Shown here: positions 45,863 through 54,617 of the stretch, one piece after another
Layout: every line of letters begins with the position of its first letter
Position numbering within the stretch: the first letter of the stretch is position 1
Virus record (IMG/VR): IMGVR_UViG_3300042731_005759
Coordinates: 1 to 64,000 of that record
Direction: 5' to 3' (one strand)
DNA length: 64,000 nucleotides
From: a virus
Position numbers and translations under genes: made by a program
The notes under the pieces: generated by a model
What the model was told of the DNA's origin: nothing
Database searches by the model: none
Seen by the model: the letters and a program-made list of their open reading frames with translations, nothing else

Positions 45863-48721
45863 ATGAAAGATATCATCTCACAAGAGGTAATCGAAGAGTT
45901 CCTCAATGGATCAGACCCTGAAGAATATATTGTAGGGTTAGAATACGAATACAGATCCAACATCATCTACAAAATTATTCAACACCCTGAAAAAGGTAAA
46001 GTAATTAGACAAGATAAGTTAACCCCTTTTCTTTGGGTTGACGATATTACTTGTCTAAACTTCTATAATGGAAGTAAAGCCATGCAAAGGAAGAAAATGA
46101 TGGAGTATGGTATTACCATCGAAAAACTCGATGATGGTGGTAATGAAAGATTAAGTAATGGTTTTAATTTTCTTGTTAAGAGTAGTAAAGGATATCGAGA
46201 ACTATTAAGTTTTTTTAGACAAGGAGGTATTAATCCGTGGGATGATAAATTGGGTCCTGATGGTAAAAAAATAAAAGATCATTTTATTCTACTAAACCCA
46301 AAAGAACAATATCTAATACAGAAAGAAAAAAGACTTTTTAAAGGTATCGAAGAGTATGATGATGTTCATAGATTAGTATTCGATATTGAGACAACGGGTC
46401 TTGATCCTGAAACAGATAAAATCATTCTAATCGGAATGAAGGATAATCGTGGTTTTGTCAAGATCATCAGCGCATTTGGTGAAGATGGTGAGAAAGATTG
46501 TATTATTGAGTTTTTCAAATATGTCAAAGAATTAAAACCCACAATTTTTGCGGGATATAACTCAGCGTTTTTCGATTTCCCTTTTATTCTTAGACGAGCG
46601 GAGATCTTGGGTATCAATATCGAAGATCACACACAAATATTCACCACACAGGGGATGAAAGAGAAAACAGGTATTTTAAAACTTGCAAATGAAATAGAAG
46701 AGTATACGCAACACCTGATATGGGGTATGAATATATTAGATATTGCACATGCAGTAAGACGTGCACAGGCGATTAATTCTGATATTAAATCATGGGGTTT
46801 GAAGTATATAACAACGTATCTCGGTGCTGAAAAAGAAAACAGGGTATACGTTGATGGTGCTTGGATATCTAAAACATACTTAGATAATGAAAGTCATTAT
46901 ATGAACCCAAAGACAGGTAAATATAAAAAGATAGGTGACCCTGGTACTGAAAATTTATTACAAAGATTCCCTAATAGTTACGAGGTATGGACGGGTAGAA
47001 AGATAGTTGAACAGTATCTCGATGATGACCTTTATGAAACTATGGTTGTTGATGATTCATTTAGTCAATCAACATTCTTACTTTCTAAATTAGTACCTAC
47101 AACTTATGAGAGGGTCTCTACTATGGGTACTGCAACTCTATGGAAACTTATAATGTTGGCGTGGTCATATAAACATAAATTATCAATTCCTGAAAAACAA
47201 GAAAGAAGGGCAATTACAGGTGGACTTTCACGACTTCTAACTTGTGGGTATTCTGAACAGGTAGTTAAATTTGACTACTCATCTCTTTATCCGTCGATTC
47301 AACTTGTTTATGATGTATTTCCTGATTGTGATGTTATGGGGGTACAAAAATCGATGTTAAAATATTTTAGGGATGTTCGTATTAAGTATAAAAAACTTGC
47401 GGCACAACACTCTAAATCAGATCCTGAATTATCTAAAAAGTTTGATAGAAAACAATTACCGATTAAAATATTCATTAATGCTTATTTCGGTTCTCTTTCA
47501 GCACCACAAGTTTTTCCTTGGGGCGATATGGATATGGGAGAAACAATCACGTGTGTTGGTAGACAAAGTTTACGTATGATGATTATGTTCTTTAAAAAGA
47601 AAGGATATACTGCACTTGTGATGGACACGGATGGTGTTAACTTTTCTTGTCCTGATGATGTAGAGAGTAGAGAATATGTGGGGAAAGGTAAGAATGAATT
47701 GGTAGAAGAAGGTAAACTATATAAAGGTGCTGAAGCCGATACTGCGGAGTTTAATGATATATTCATGAGGGGTGAGATGGGATTAGACATCGACTATGTC
47801 GCACCATCGACAGTTAATATTGCAAGAAAAAATTATGTACTTAAAAAACCAAGTGGTGGTCTAAAATTAACAGGTAACACAATCAAATCAAAAAACTTAC
47901 ATGGTTACATTGTAGATTTCTTAGATGAAGGACTTAAACTAATGTTAGATGGTAAAGGACACGAATTTTTAGAACTGTATTATTCATATATCGAAAAGAT
48001 TTATAATAAAGATATTCCACTTGCGAAGATTGCAAATAAATCAAGGGTTAAACAATCCGTAGATGACTATAAGAAACACATCACAAAAAGAACTAAAAGT
48101 GGTTCTCTTATGGCAAGACAAGCACATATGGAATTGATTATACAAAACAATTATCTACCAAGTATGGGTGAGACTATTTTTTATGTAAACAATGGTACTG
48201 CGAAATCTCATGGTGATGTACAAAAAATTGCAAAGACTAACGATGTCAAAATCAACAGTTATATGATCACCGAAAAAGAGATGGCTGAGAACCCTGATAT
48301 GAAAGGTGAATATAATGTTGCGAGATATATTAATACATTTAATAAAAGAATCGAACCTCTTATGGTAGTATTCGATCCTGAGATTAGAAACGACATTTTG
48401 GTTGATAATCCTGAGAAACGACCATACTTCACACCAAAACAATGTGAATTAGTTTCAGGTCATCCAATGAAAGAGGGTGGTCAAGATAGTTTTGAAGAGG
48501 TGATGACTTTATCAGATAGTGAAGTTTTATTTTGGAATAAAGTTAAGAGAGACCCATTTTTCTTGTATCTCGAGAACAGTATTGATTATGTTGATCCTTT
48601 TTGGGTAAATAAGAATAGATCAGTACTAAACTTTAAATTAGATAGTTCACCATCACAAGATTCAGATATAATTGAGAGGAATGGTCATGATTATGCAACC
48701 CACACAGACGATAGGGTTTAA
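45863..48721 (+). CDS. DNA polymerase, family B
   Basis: Exonuclease motifs FDIETTG and GYNSAFFDFP. Polymerase motifs FDYSSLYPS, KIFINAYFG and MDTDG. No intein seen. Confidence 0.96.
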   Translation: MKDIISQEVIEEFLNGSDPEEYIVGLEYEYRSNIIYKIIQHPEKGKVIRQDKLTPFLWVDDITCLNFYNGSKAMQRKKMMEYGITIEKLDDGGNERLSNGFNFLVKSSKGYRELLSFFRQGGINPWDDKLGPDGKKIKDHFILLNPKEQYLIQKEKRLFKGIEEYDDVHRLVFDIETTGLDPETDKIILIGMKDNRGFVKIISAFGEDGEKDCIIEFFKYVKELKPTIFAGYNSAFFDFPFILRRAEILGINIEDHTQIFTTQGMKEKTGILKLANEIEEYTQHLIWGMNILDIAHAVRRAQAINSDIKSWGLKYITTYLGAEKENRVYVDGAWISKTYLDNESHYMNPKTGKYKKIGDPGTENLLQRFPNSYEVWTGRKIVEQYLDDDLYETMVVDDSFSQSTFLLSKLVPTTYERVSTMGTATLWKLIMLAWSYKHKLSIPEKQERRAITGGLSRLLTCGYSEQVVKFDYSSLYPSIQLVYDVFPDCDVMGVQKSMLKYFRDVRIKYKKLAAQHSKSDPELSKKFDRKQLPIKIFINAYFGSLSAPQVFPWGDMDMGETITCVGRQSLRMMIMFFKKKGYTALVMDTDGVNFSCPDDVESREYVGKGKNELVEEGKLYKGAEADTAEFNDIFMRGEMGLDIDYVAPSTVNIARKNYVLKKPSGGLKLTGNTIKSKNLHGYIVDFLDEGLKLMLDGKGHEFLELYYSYIEKIYNKDIPLAKIANKSRVKQSVDDYKKHITKRTKSGSLMARQAHMELIIQNNYLPSMGETIFYVNNGTAKSHGDVQKIAKTNDVKINSYMITEKEMAENPDMKGEYNVARYINTFNKRIEPLMVVFDPEIRNDILVDNPEKRPYFTPKQCELVSGHPMKEGGQDSFEEVMTLSDSEVLFWNKVKRDPFFLYLENSIDYVDPFWVNKNRSVLNFKLDSSPSQDSDIIERNGHDYATHTDDRV

Positions 48722-49836
48722 ATCATATTAAACGGTGATTGTATAGGTCGATATTTTAGGGATTTATTAAGATTCTCCGCTTCGTTACCTTTTCTTTCTA
48801 ACATTTTGTCAGGACGTAATCTCTCTAATCGGTTCATCAATTCCTCGAGAAGTTTTAATTTCTCATCCTTACCTTCTGTAAGTAAAGAGGTATAATCCAA
48901 TTTGATTTGACTATCGGGTACTTGTAAGTCCCCTGAGAATTTAGAATATATTCTACCTAAACCTTCTTTTGAGTATGCGATTAAGTATTTACGAACCCAA
49001 TTCTGTGCGGGTCTGTTTAATGTTTCCCAAGTTAGTTCTTCAGTGGCGATGTCAGAAGGTAATTTAACTACGTCTTTGTTTTTTTCCAAACAATCGTCTC
49101 TATCGAATGTATCGTAATACCAATACCACACATAGAAATTGTGTTGTTGGATAGATCCGAAGTCAAACCTACCACCTGGTACATTTGCTAAGTGAACATA
49201 TTTTTTACCTTCAGGACCTGCAGTGATTCTATAAGTAAGTTCACCACCAATCAAACGGTTCTTAATGTTTCTATCTTGCATACGTGATAATAGGTCATAT
49301 GCGGGTAACATAAAGTAAGAACCTGAGGTTCCCATTTGTGCAAATCCACCAACCCCACCAAAACCTACACCACCGAGACCACCAAAACCACCTAAAAATG
49401 GATCCACAATAGAGTCGGTTAGTTCCGCCCTTGTGAACCAAAGTAGTTCATTTATCTCTCTACCAGCAGGTATTTCATAAACTTGTTGATTTGCGACAAG
49501 TTCTATCTTGTCTTTTTTAAGTACATAATCTCCCCCAGCTTGGAGACCAACAATTTTTGAATATGCGTAAGTGTATTGAGTCTCATAATCAACGGACCTC
49601 GTCGTAAACGCTCTCGTCAGTGATTGTGTGTCAACATCTAACCCCGCAAGAGCAGACCATTGTGATTCGATTAACCAATCGCTCACATATTGTTCATACT
49701 CATCGAGAGATAATTCGAGGAATGTATCCATTTGTTCCTCTGTTAACTCGATGGATCTAACAGGCATCCCTAAAAGGTGTAGGACCTGTGAGAAAAGTTT
49801 ATCCCTATTGTCTGGTGTAATGATTGTACTTGCCAT
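48718..49836 (-). CDS. Neck/head-tail adaptor protein (T4 gp13-like)
   Basis: LLGMPVRSIELTEEQ, WVRKY.IA.SKE.LGRI.SKF and L..EGK.EK..L.EEL motifs. Confidence 0.75.
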   Translation of the reverse strand: MASTIITPDNRDKLFSQVLHLLGMPVRSIELTEEQMDTFLELSLDEYEQYVSDWLIESQWSALAGLDVDTQSLTRAFTTRSVDYETQYTYAYSKIVGLQAGGDYVLKKDKIELVANQQVYEIPAGREINELLWFTRAELTDSIVDPFLGGFGGLGGVGFGGVGGFAQMGTSGSYFMLPAYDLLSRMQDRNIKNRLIGGELTYRITAGPEGKKYVHLANVPGGRFDFGSIQQHNFYVWYWYYDTFDRDDCLEKNKDVVKLPSDIATEELTWETLNRPAQNWVRKYLIAYSKEGLGRIYSKFSGDLQVPDSQIKLDYTSLLTEGKDEKLKLLEELMNRLERLRPDKMLERKGNEAENLNKSLKYRPIQSPFNMI

Positions 49837-49914
49837 ACTTGATTTATTACAATAAATAGTTTATATTTAGAAAAACAGACTCAATCAAAGGAATCATTTA
49901 ATAAAAATAAAGAC

Positions 49915-50796
49915 ATGGGGAATAATTTTGTAACAGATGAAATTTTAAATAAAATTAGATCAAAAAGAAAAGAGTTATTCCCATATGAAAGAATAAATCG
50001 ATTTGGAGTTATCCTTCAGGATGATAGGGCGAAAAAAAGATTAATTTACGGTTGTAGTCAAATACTAAAAGAATTATATTCTGAAATGGATGGAAGATGG
50101 GGTGAGGATCCTTCTCCAAGTACAAATAGAAAGGGTGTGGGGGTATTAGAGATTCATGAGAAAACGGGGGTTCCTTATTGGAGTCACCTAAACTTTTTGA
50201 ATACGAATTGGAGTATGTTAGACAGAACTCTCATGTATTTTGAGTATGTACAGGGCCACAAAATTGTTTGGGAAAGTGACCCATATAAGTACGTAAATGA
50301 TTTCTTGAAACTTTTATATAAATTTAAAGAGGAGGTCCTATTAGATTCCTCCGAACTTAAATGGGGTGACCTAAAGAAGATTCACTCAAAAACATGGGCT
50401 AGTGGAGAAAAACACAATAATTTTGTTGTGGAAAACTACCAAACTCTTTTTCCTAATTCTGTAGATGTCGTTAATGGTAGTAGTGAGAAAGGATTAGTGG
50501 ACGACTTTAAGGGTATTGATTGTACTATCATTGGTACAGACGGAGACAAATATTACGTTCAAGTCAAAGGTTGTAATTCGGTTTATTTAGATGAGGGTGT
50601 ATATACCGTACATGTATCGATGAATCTAAATTCATATAAAAACATACATTATTTTGTTTTTTGTCCGTCTGATGAAACTAAAGTATATGTTTTTAAAAAC
50701 GATCCTGAAAGTATATGTAATTGTGATTCTGAGATTGAACCGTGTGTTAAAATACCTGAAAATTTAGTTTTAACGATATCAAATAGATCTTACTAA
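49915..50796 (+). CDS. Hypothetical protein, possible PD-(D/E)XK-type nuclease
   Basis: SGEKH...DDFKGIDC...YVQVKG pattern. Oriented opposite to both neighbours. Confidence 0.45.
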   Translation: MGNNFVTDEILNKIRSKRKELFPYERINRFGVILQDDRAKKRLIYGCSQILKELYSEMDGRWGEDPSPSTNRKGVGVLEIHEKTGVPYWSHLNFLNTNWSMLDRTLMYFEYVQGHKIVWESDPYKYVNDFLKLLYKFKEEVLLDSSELKWGDLKKIHSKTWASGEKHNNFVVENYQTLFPNSVDVVNGSSEKGLVDDFKGIDCTIIGTDGDKYYVQVKGCNSVYLDEGVYTVHVSMNLNSYKNIHYFVFCPSDETKVYVFKNDPESICNCDSEIEPCVKIPENLVLTISNRSY

Positions 50797-52527
50797 TTCC
50801 TTACCGAAACTTTCTGAATATTCACCATCACCCATAACCTGATCGATTATATCCTTTTTCTTTTGTAGGATATTATAAATTGTTTTTTCAATGGTGTTTT
50901 CAAATACAGGGTAGTAAACAAGAACACTATTCTTTTGTCCGTAACGGTATGCTCTATCTTCTGCTTGTGAGTGGTCTGCAGGAACAAAAGACAAATCATT
51001 CATTATAACCGTATCTGCGGAAGTTAATGTAATTCCGACACCCGCCGCTTTAATATTACCAATAAAGATCTTTATTTTACTATCATTTTGAAATCTATCT
51101 ACGGACTGTTGTCTTCTGTCTTTACTCATTCTACCATCTAAGACAACTGATTTCTTCTTGTACTTTTCATGTAACATGTCTAATGACATTGTAAAATTTG
51201 TAAACACAATAACTTTTTTATCTTGTTCTAAAACTCTATCTATAAGTTCACAAGTATGTTCGACTTTTTCTATTGCAATAAGTTGACGTAATTTCATTAA
51301 CCTATTTAGTGTAACGGTAATACTTTCTTTTTCTTTGTTTTCCTCACTAATCCTAAGGAATTCACTTAATTCGTCATCATAGAAAGTATTTTTAAGTTCT
51401 AACCATATCGGTGATACAATTTTCTCAGGTAAATCAAGAATGTCTGTTTTCATTCTTCTTAAGACCACCGCTTTTGTTTGGTCTCTTAATTCATCAAGAT
51501 TACTTGCACCACTTGTGTTCCAAACTTTTCTACCACCAACTCTAAATTGATAACCCTTACAGTATCTCATCACATAACTTTTCCAATTCAATGTAAGTGG
51601 TGAATTTACTATTTTAAGTAAATTATAGTAATTGATTGGTCTTGAGGTCATTGGTGTACCTGTTAGTAACCAAACTTTAGGTATTTTCGCGAGTATATCA
51701 TTTAAAAGTTTAGTTCTCTGTGCTTGTGGATTGGATATATAATGTGCCTCATCAATTATTGCAAGATCGAATCCTTCTTTCATTATAATTTTATATGCGT
51801 CACTCTCTTCAGTTTTTTCTGTGGTATGGAAATTCTTTAAAATGTCATAATTGATTATGTAATACTTAAATGTCGACCCCCATTTTTTCCCTTCAACAAT
51901 TAGTGTATAATCATCAGAGTAAAGTTCTATTTCTCTCTGCCAATTAATTTTGAGTGATGCAGGACAGACGATCAATACTTTCTTTGCTTTACTCTCTATA
52001 GATGCAATCACAGTACTTGTTGTTTTACCTAACCCCATGTCGTCGGCTAAAATGTACCTGTCGTTTGCTAATAATTTTTCTATCGCCTCTTTTTGGTGAC
52101 TCATAGGTGGTCTATGATCGTAAGGACTATAATCTATTTCCCTATCTAAAGTTTTTTCCTCTTGTATAATAGATGCTTTAGGTATCCACATCGCAATCGG
52201 TGCCATGTCTTGAGTTAGATTACCCCATATATGAAACGCTTTATCACTCTCACAAAGTAATTTTTCTACCCATAGAGATTCTACAGGTTCCATAAGAAGA
52301 CGATCTTCTTGTATTTTGGAACCAAAAGATTTTGCTATACTAACATTTTTTCTTGCAACCTTAGGTTCAATTTTGTGGTATTTTAAAATATAATCGCATT
52401 GGGCCCTTGACATCTTATAATGTCTGTCTTTGGATTGTCTTTTCTTCCAATCTAAGATTTGATTATTATAACCTTCGTATTCGGTTAAAATCTCTCTTGC
52501 CTCTATTTCGGGTATCTTCTTATCCAT
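50779..52527 (-). CDS. SNF2-family helicase (SMARCAL1/HARP-like)
   Basis: LADDMGLGKT, VCPASLK.NW, DEAH, LTGTP, GVGITLT and QAEDRAYRYGQ motifs. Confidence 0.93.
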   Translation of the reverse strand: MDKKIPEIEAREILTEYEGYNNQILDWKKRQSKDRHYKMSRAQCDYILKYHKIEPKVARKNVSIAKSFGSKIQEDRLLMEPVESLWVEKLLCESDKAFHIWGNLTQDMAPIAMWIPKASIIQEEKTLDREIDYSPYDHRPPMSHQKEAIEKLLANDRYILADDMGLGKTTSTVIASIESKAKKVLIVCPASLKINWQREIELYSDDYTLIVEGKKWGSTFKYYIINYDILKNFHTTEKTEESDAYKIIMKEGFDLAIIDEAHYISNPQAQRTKLLNDILAKIPKVWLLTGTPMTSRPINYYNLLKIVNSPLTLNWKSYVMRYCKGYQFRVGGRKVWNTSGASNLDELRDQTKAVVLRRMKTDILDLPEKIVSPIWLELKNTFYDDELSEFLRISEENKEKESITVTLNRLMKLRQLIAIEKVEHTCELIDRVLEQDKKVIVFTNFTMSLDMLHEKYKKKSVVLDGRMSKDRRQQSVDRFQNDSKIKIFIGNIKAAGVGITLTSADTVIMNDLSFVPADHSQAEDRAYRYGQKNSVLVYYPVFENTIEKTIYNILQKKKDIIDQVMGDGEYSESFGKELVRSI

Positions 52528-52584
52528 TATACCTATTATTTTAAATATAAGTAATTCAAACCAATAAATAAACTATTTATGTAT

Positions 52585-53100
52585 ATGAACAAAAAGGTCC
52601 CAATTACAAGAATAAATAAGTTCTTCTCAGGTGATGACTTTGATTTTAATGTATCGGTAGGTCAAGAATACTTACATGGTGATTTAAATATGAAGTTGGT
52701 TCTGTATCGTGTTGATACAGAAAGTACAGATACTGATGCTGTGTATGCCGAGGTTGGGAAAGATCAGATAAAGTTTTATCCACCTATTGAATTTAATGCT
52801 TTAGTAAAAATAGAAGAACCAAAAAACAGTTCATACAATAGTAAGGGACTTGTAAGGTATTTGGAACCAGGTAATTTGACACTACAGGTGTACATAAAAC
52901 ATCTTAGTGATTTAAAAATAGATATAAAATATGGTGATTTTATAGGATATCCTGAGACTGAAGAAAAAACAAGGTACTATACTGTATCGAATGATGGTAA
53001 AGTTACATCAGACAATAAACATAATATGTTTGGGTTTAAACCATATTATAGAACCATAACTTGTGTACCCGCACAAGAAGCGGAATTTAGAGGAATATAA
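52585..53100 (+). CDS. Head closure/neck protein (gp14-like)
   Basis: LYRVD...D.VY.E...F..P.E and I..GDFI motifs. Position before the tail terminator. Start chosen 4 nt after TATTTAT. Confidence 0.6.
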   Translation: MNKKVPITRINKFFSGDDFDFNVSVGQEYLHGDLNMKLVLYRVDTESTDTDAVYAEVGKDQIKFYPPIEFNALVKIEEPKNSSYNSKGLVRYLEPGNLTLQVYIKHLSDLKIDIKYGDFIGYPETEEKTRYYTVSNDGKVTSDNKHNMFGFKPYYRTITCVPAQEAEFRGI

Positions 53101-54335
53101 TGGCAATACCGAAAAGAAAAAATGATATCAGTGTTTATCAAGGAAAAGAATTGGTAGAAAGAAGACAGGAGTTATTGGACAAGATAACAAAGTCAGATTC
53201 TTTTTTACCCGATTCCGTTTTACATGATGATTTGGATTTGGGTATGTTAGATTTTGTAAAAGATAATTTCAAAATAAATTCTGACGGTTCGGTTGTCCCT
53301 ATTATCCCAAAAATTTTAACCATTCAGAGATGGGGTGAGTTCACAAATACGTGGAATTTTGCGGATTTAGATGGTAACCCAAGTTTACCTTTCATCGCAG
53401 TGATTAGAAGACCCGATGTTCAACCAGGTACTAATCCAAGTTTACAGAGAACCATACCCGATCGTCAACAATTTTACTACGCTTCAGTACCAAAATGGGA
53501 TGGGACACAAATGGGTGCTGATGTATATAAAATACCACAACCTGTTGCCGTTGATATTACTTATGAAGTTACTATTGTTTGTACAAAATTTAGAGATCTT
53601 AATAAATTTAATAAAATTGTTCTACAAAAATTCTCTTCTCGTCAGGCTTACACTACAGTAAAAGGACATTACGTACCAATTGTTTTAGACACCATCGCAG
53701 ATAATACTCCTGTTGAGTTAGATTCGAGAAGGTTCTATCTACAAAACTACACTTTCACCCTACTTGGGTATATCATAGACGATGAAGAGTTTGAAGTTAA
53801 ACCCGCACTTAGTAGATTGTTCTTAATGAATGAATTTATACAAAGTAATAACTTTGAAAAGAAGTACATTAATAAAAATTTAGATATTACCGTTGCAACC
53901 TTTACCGCGGACGGTTTACAGACCGCATTTAGTGTAGGGGAAACTATTGGTATTTTATTTACTGTTGCGGTTAATGGTTTATTACAGGTCAAAGACGAAG
54001 ACTTTTATCACGTCGCTCTTACATCCAAAATTACATTTGTCGAACCTCCTCGTGAGGGTGCACAAATAACCATCACATATTATAGAGGAAAAAATAATAT
54101 CTTCATTGATGGGTCAGGAAATGCAAAACAAGTAACTACAGAATACTTTAATTACACTGTGGGTGGAACATTAAGTTTTACCACACTAAATAATATAGAC
54201 AGTGTTATAAGTTTAGATGTGAACGGTCTTCAACAAGAGGAAGGACAAGGTTTTAATATTACAGATTCCACAACAGTTACATTATCGGGCGCACCACTCT
54301 ATGATTCTACTGTTGGTGTAACTTATCTTTTTTAA
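53100..54335 (+). CDS. Tail terminator/sheath stabiliser (gp15-like) with two C-terminal beta repeats
   Basis: LPFIAVIR and IPQPVAVDITYEV motifs. C-terminal repeats F..DG..T.F...V.VNGL.Q.....F....I.F..PP..G..I.ITY. Confidence 0.65.
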   Translation: MAIPKRKNDISVYQGKELVERRQELLDKITKSDSFLPDSVLHDDLDLGMLDFVKDNFKINSDGSVVPIIPKILTIQRWGEFTNTWNFADLDGNPSLPFIAVIRRPDVQPGTNPSLQRTIPDRQQFYYASVPKWDGTQMGADVYKIPQPVAVDITYEVTIVCTKFRDLNKFNKIVLQKFSSRQAYTTVKGHYVPIVLDTIADNTPVELDSRRFYLQNYTFTLLGYIIDDEEFEVKPALSRLFLMNEFIQSNNFEKKYINKNLDITVATFTADGLQTAFSVGETIGILFTVAVNGLLQVKDEDFYHVALTSKITFVEPPREGAQITITYYRGKNNIFIDGSGNAKQVTTEYFNYTVGGTLSFTTLNNIDSVISLDVNGLQQEEGQGFNITDSTTVTLSGAPLYDSTVGVTYLF

Positions 54336-54337
54336 AA

Positions 54338-54496
54338 TTATTCCGAGTAGAGACCTTTTTCACGGTCTTTACAGTACTGATCGATCCATTTTTCAACTAC
54401 ACGGTAGATTTTTAGACCGTTCTTATCACAGTACTTTTTGAGTCTATCGTGGTGTACATCACTTATTTTAAGGTTTTTTGTTTTTCTGACACTCAT
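54338..54496 (-). CDS. Small ribbon-helix-helix-like DNA-binding protein (52 aa)
   Basis: Translated by hand: MSVRKTKNLKISDVHHDRLKKYCDKNGLKIYRVVEKWIDQYCKDREKGLYSE*. ATG 4 nt after a TATTTAT motif. Below the ORF-track cutoff. Confidence 0.75.
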   Translation of the reverse strand: MSVRKTKNLKISDVHHDRLKKYCDKNGLKIYRVVEKWIDQYCKDREKGLYSE

Positions 54497-54617
54497 AAAG
54501 ATAAATATAGATAAAAAAATATCTTTAAATATCCCAAAATAGAAAACTTGGTAAATCTTTCAGAAAATTAAAGATATTTATAGTAAGAACAATAAAAAAT
54601 TTATAACAAAGTAATCA

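Noticed and set aside
9552-48721. Introns or inteins in terminase, capsid or polymerase genes
   Set aside because: The motifs are contiguous and lengths are ordinary. I saw no intein C...HN ends or LAGLIDADG/HNH inserts.
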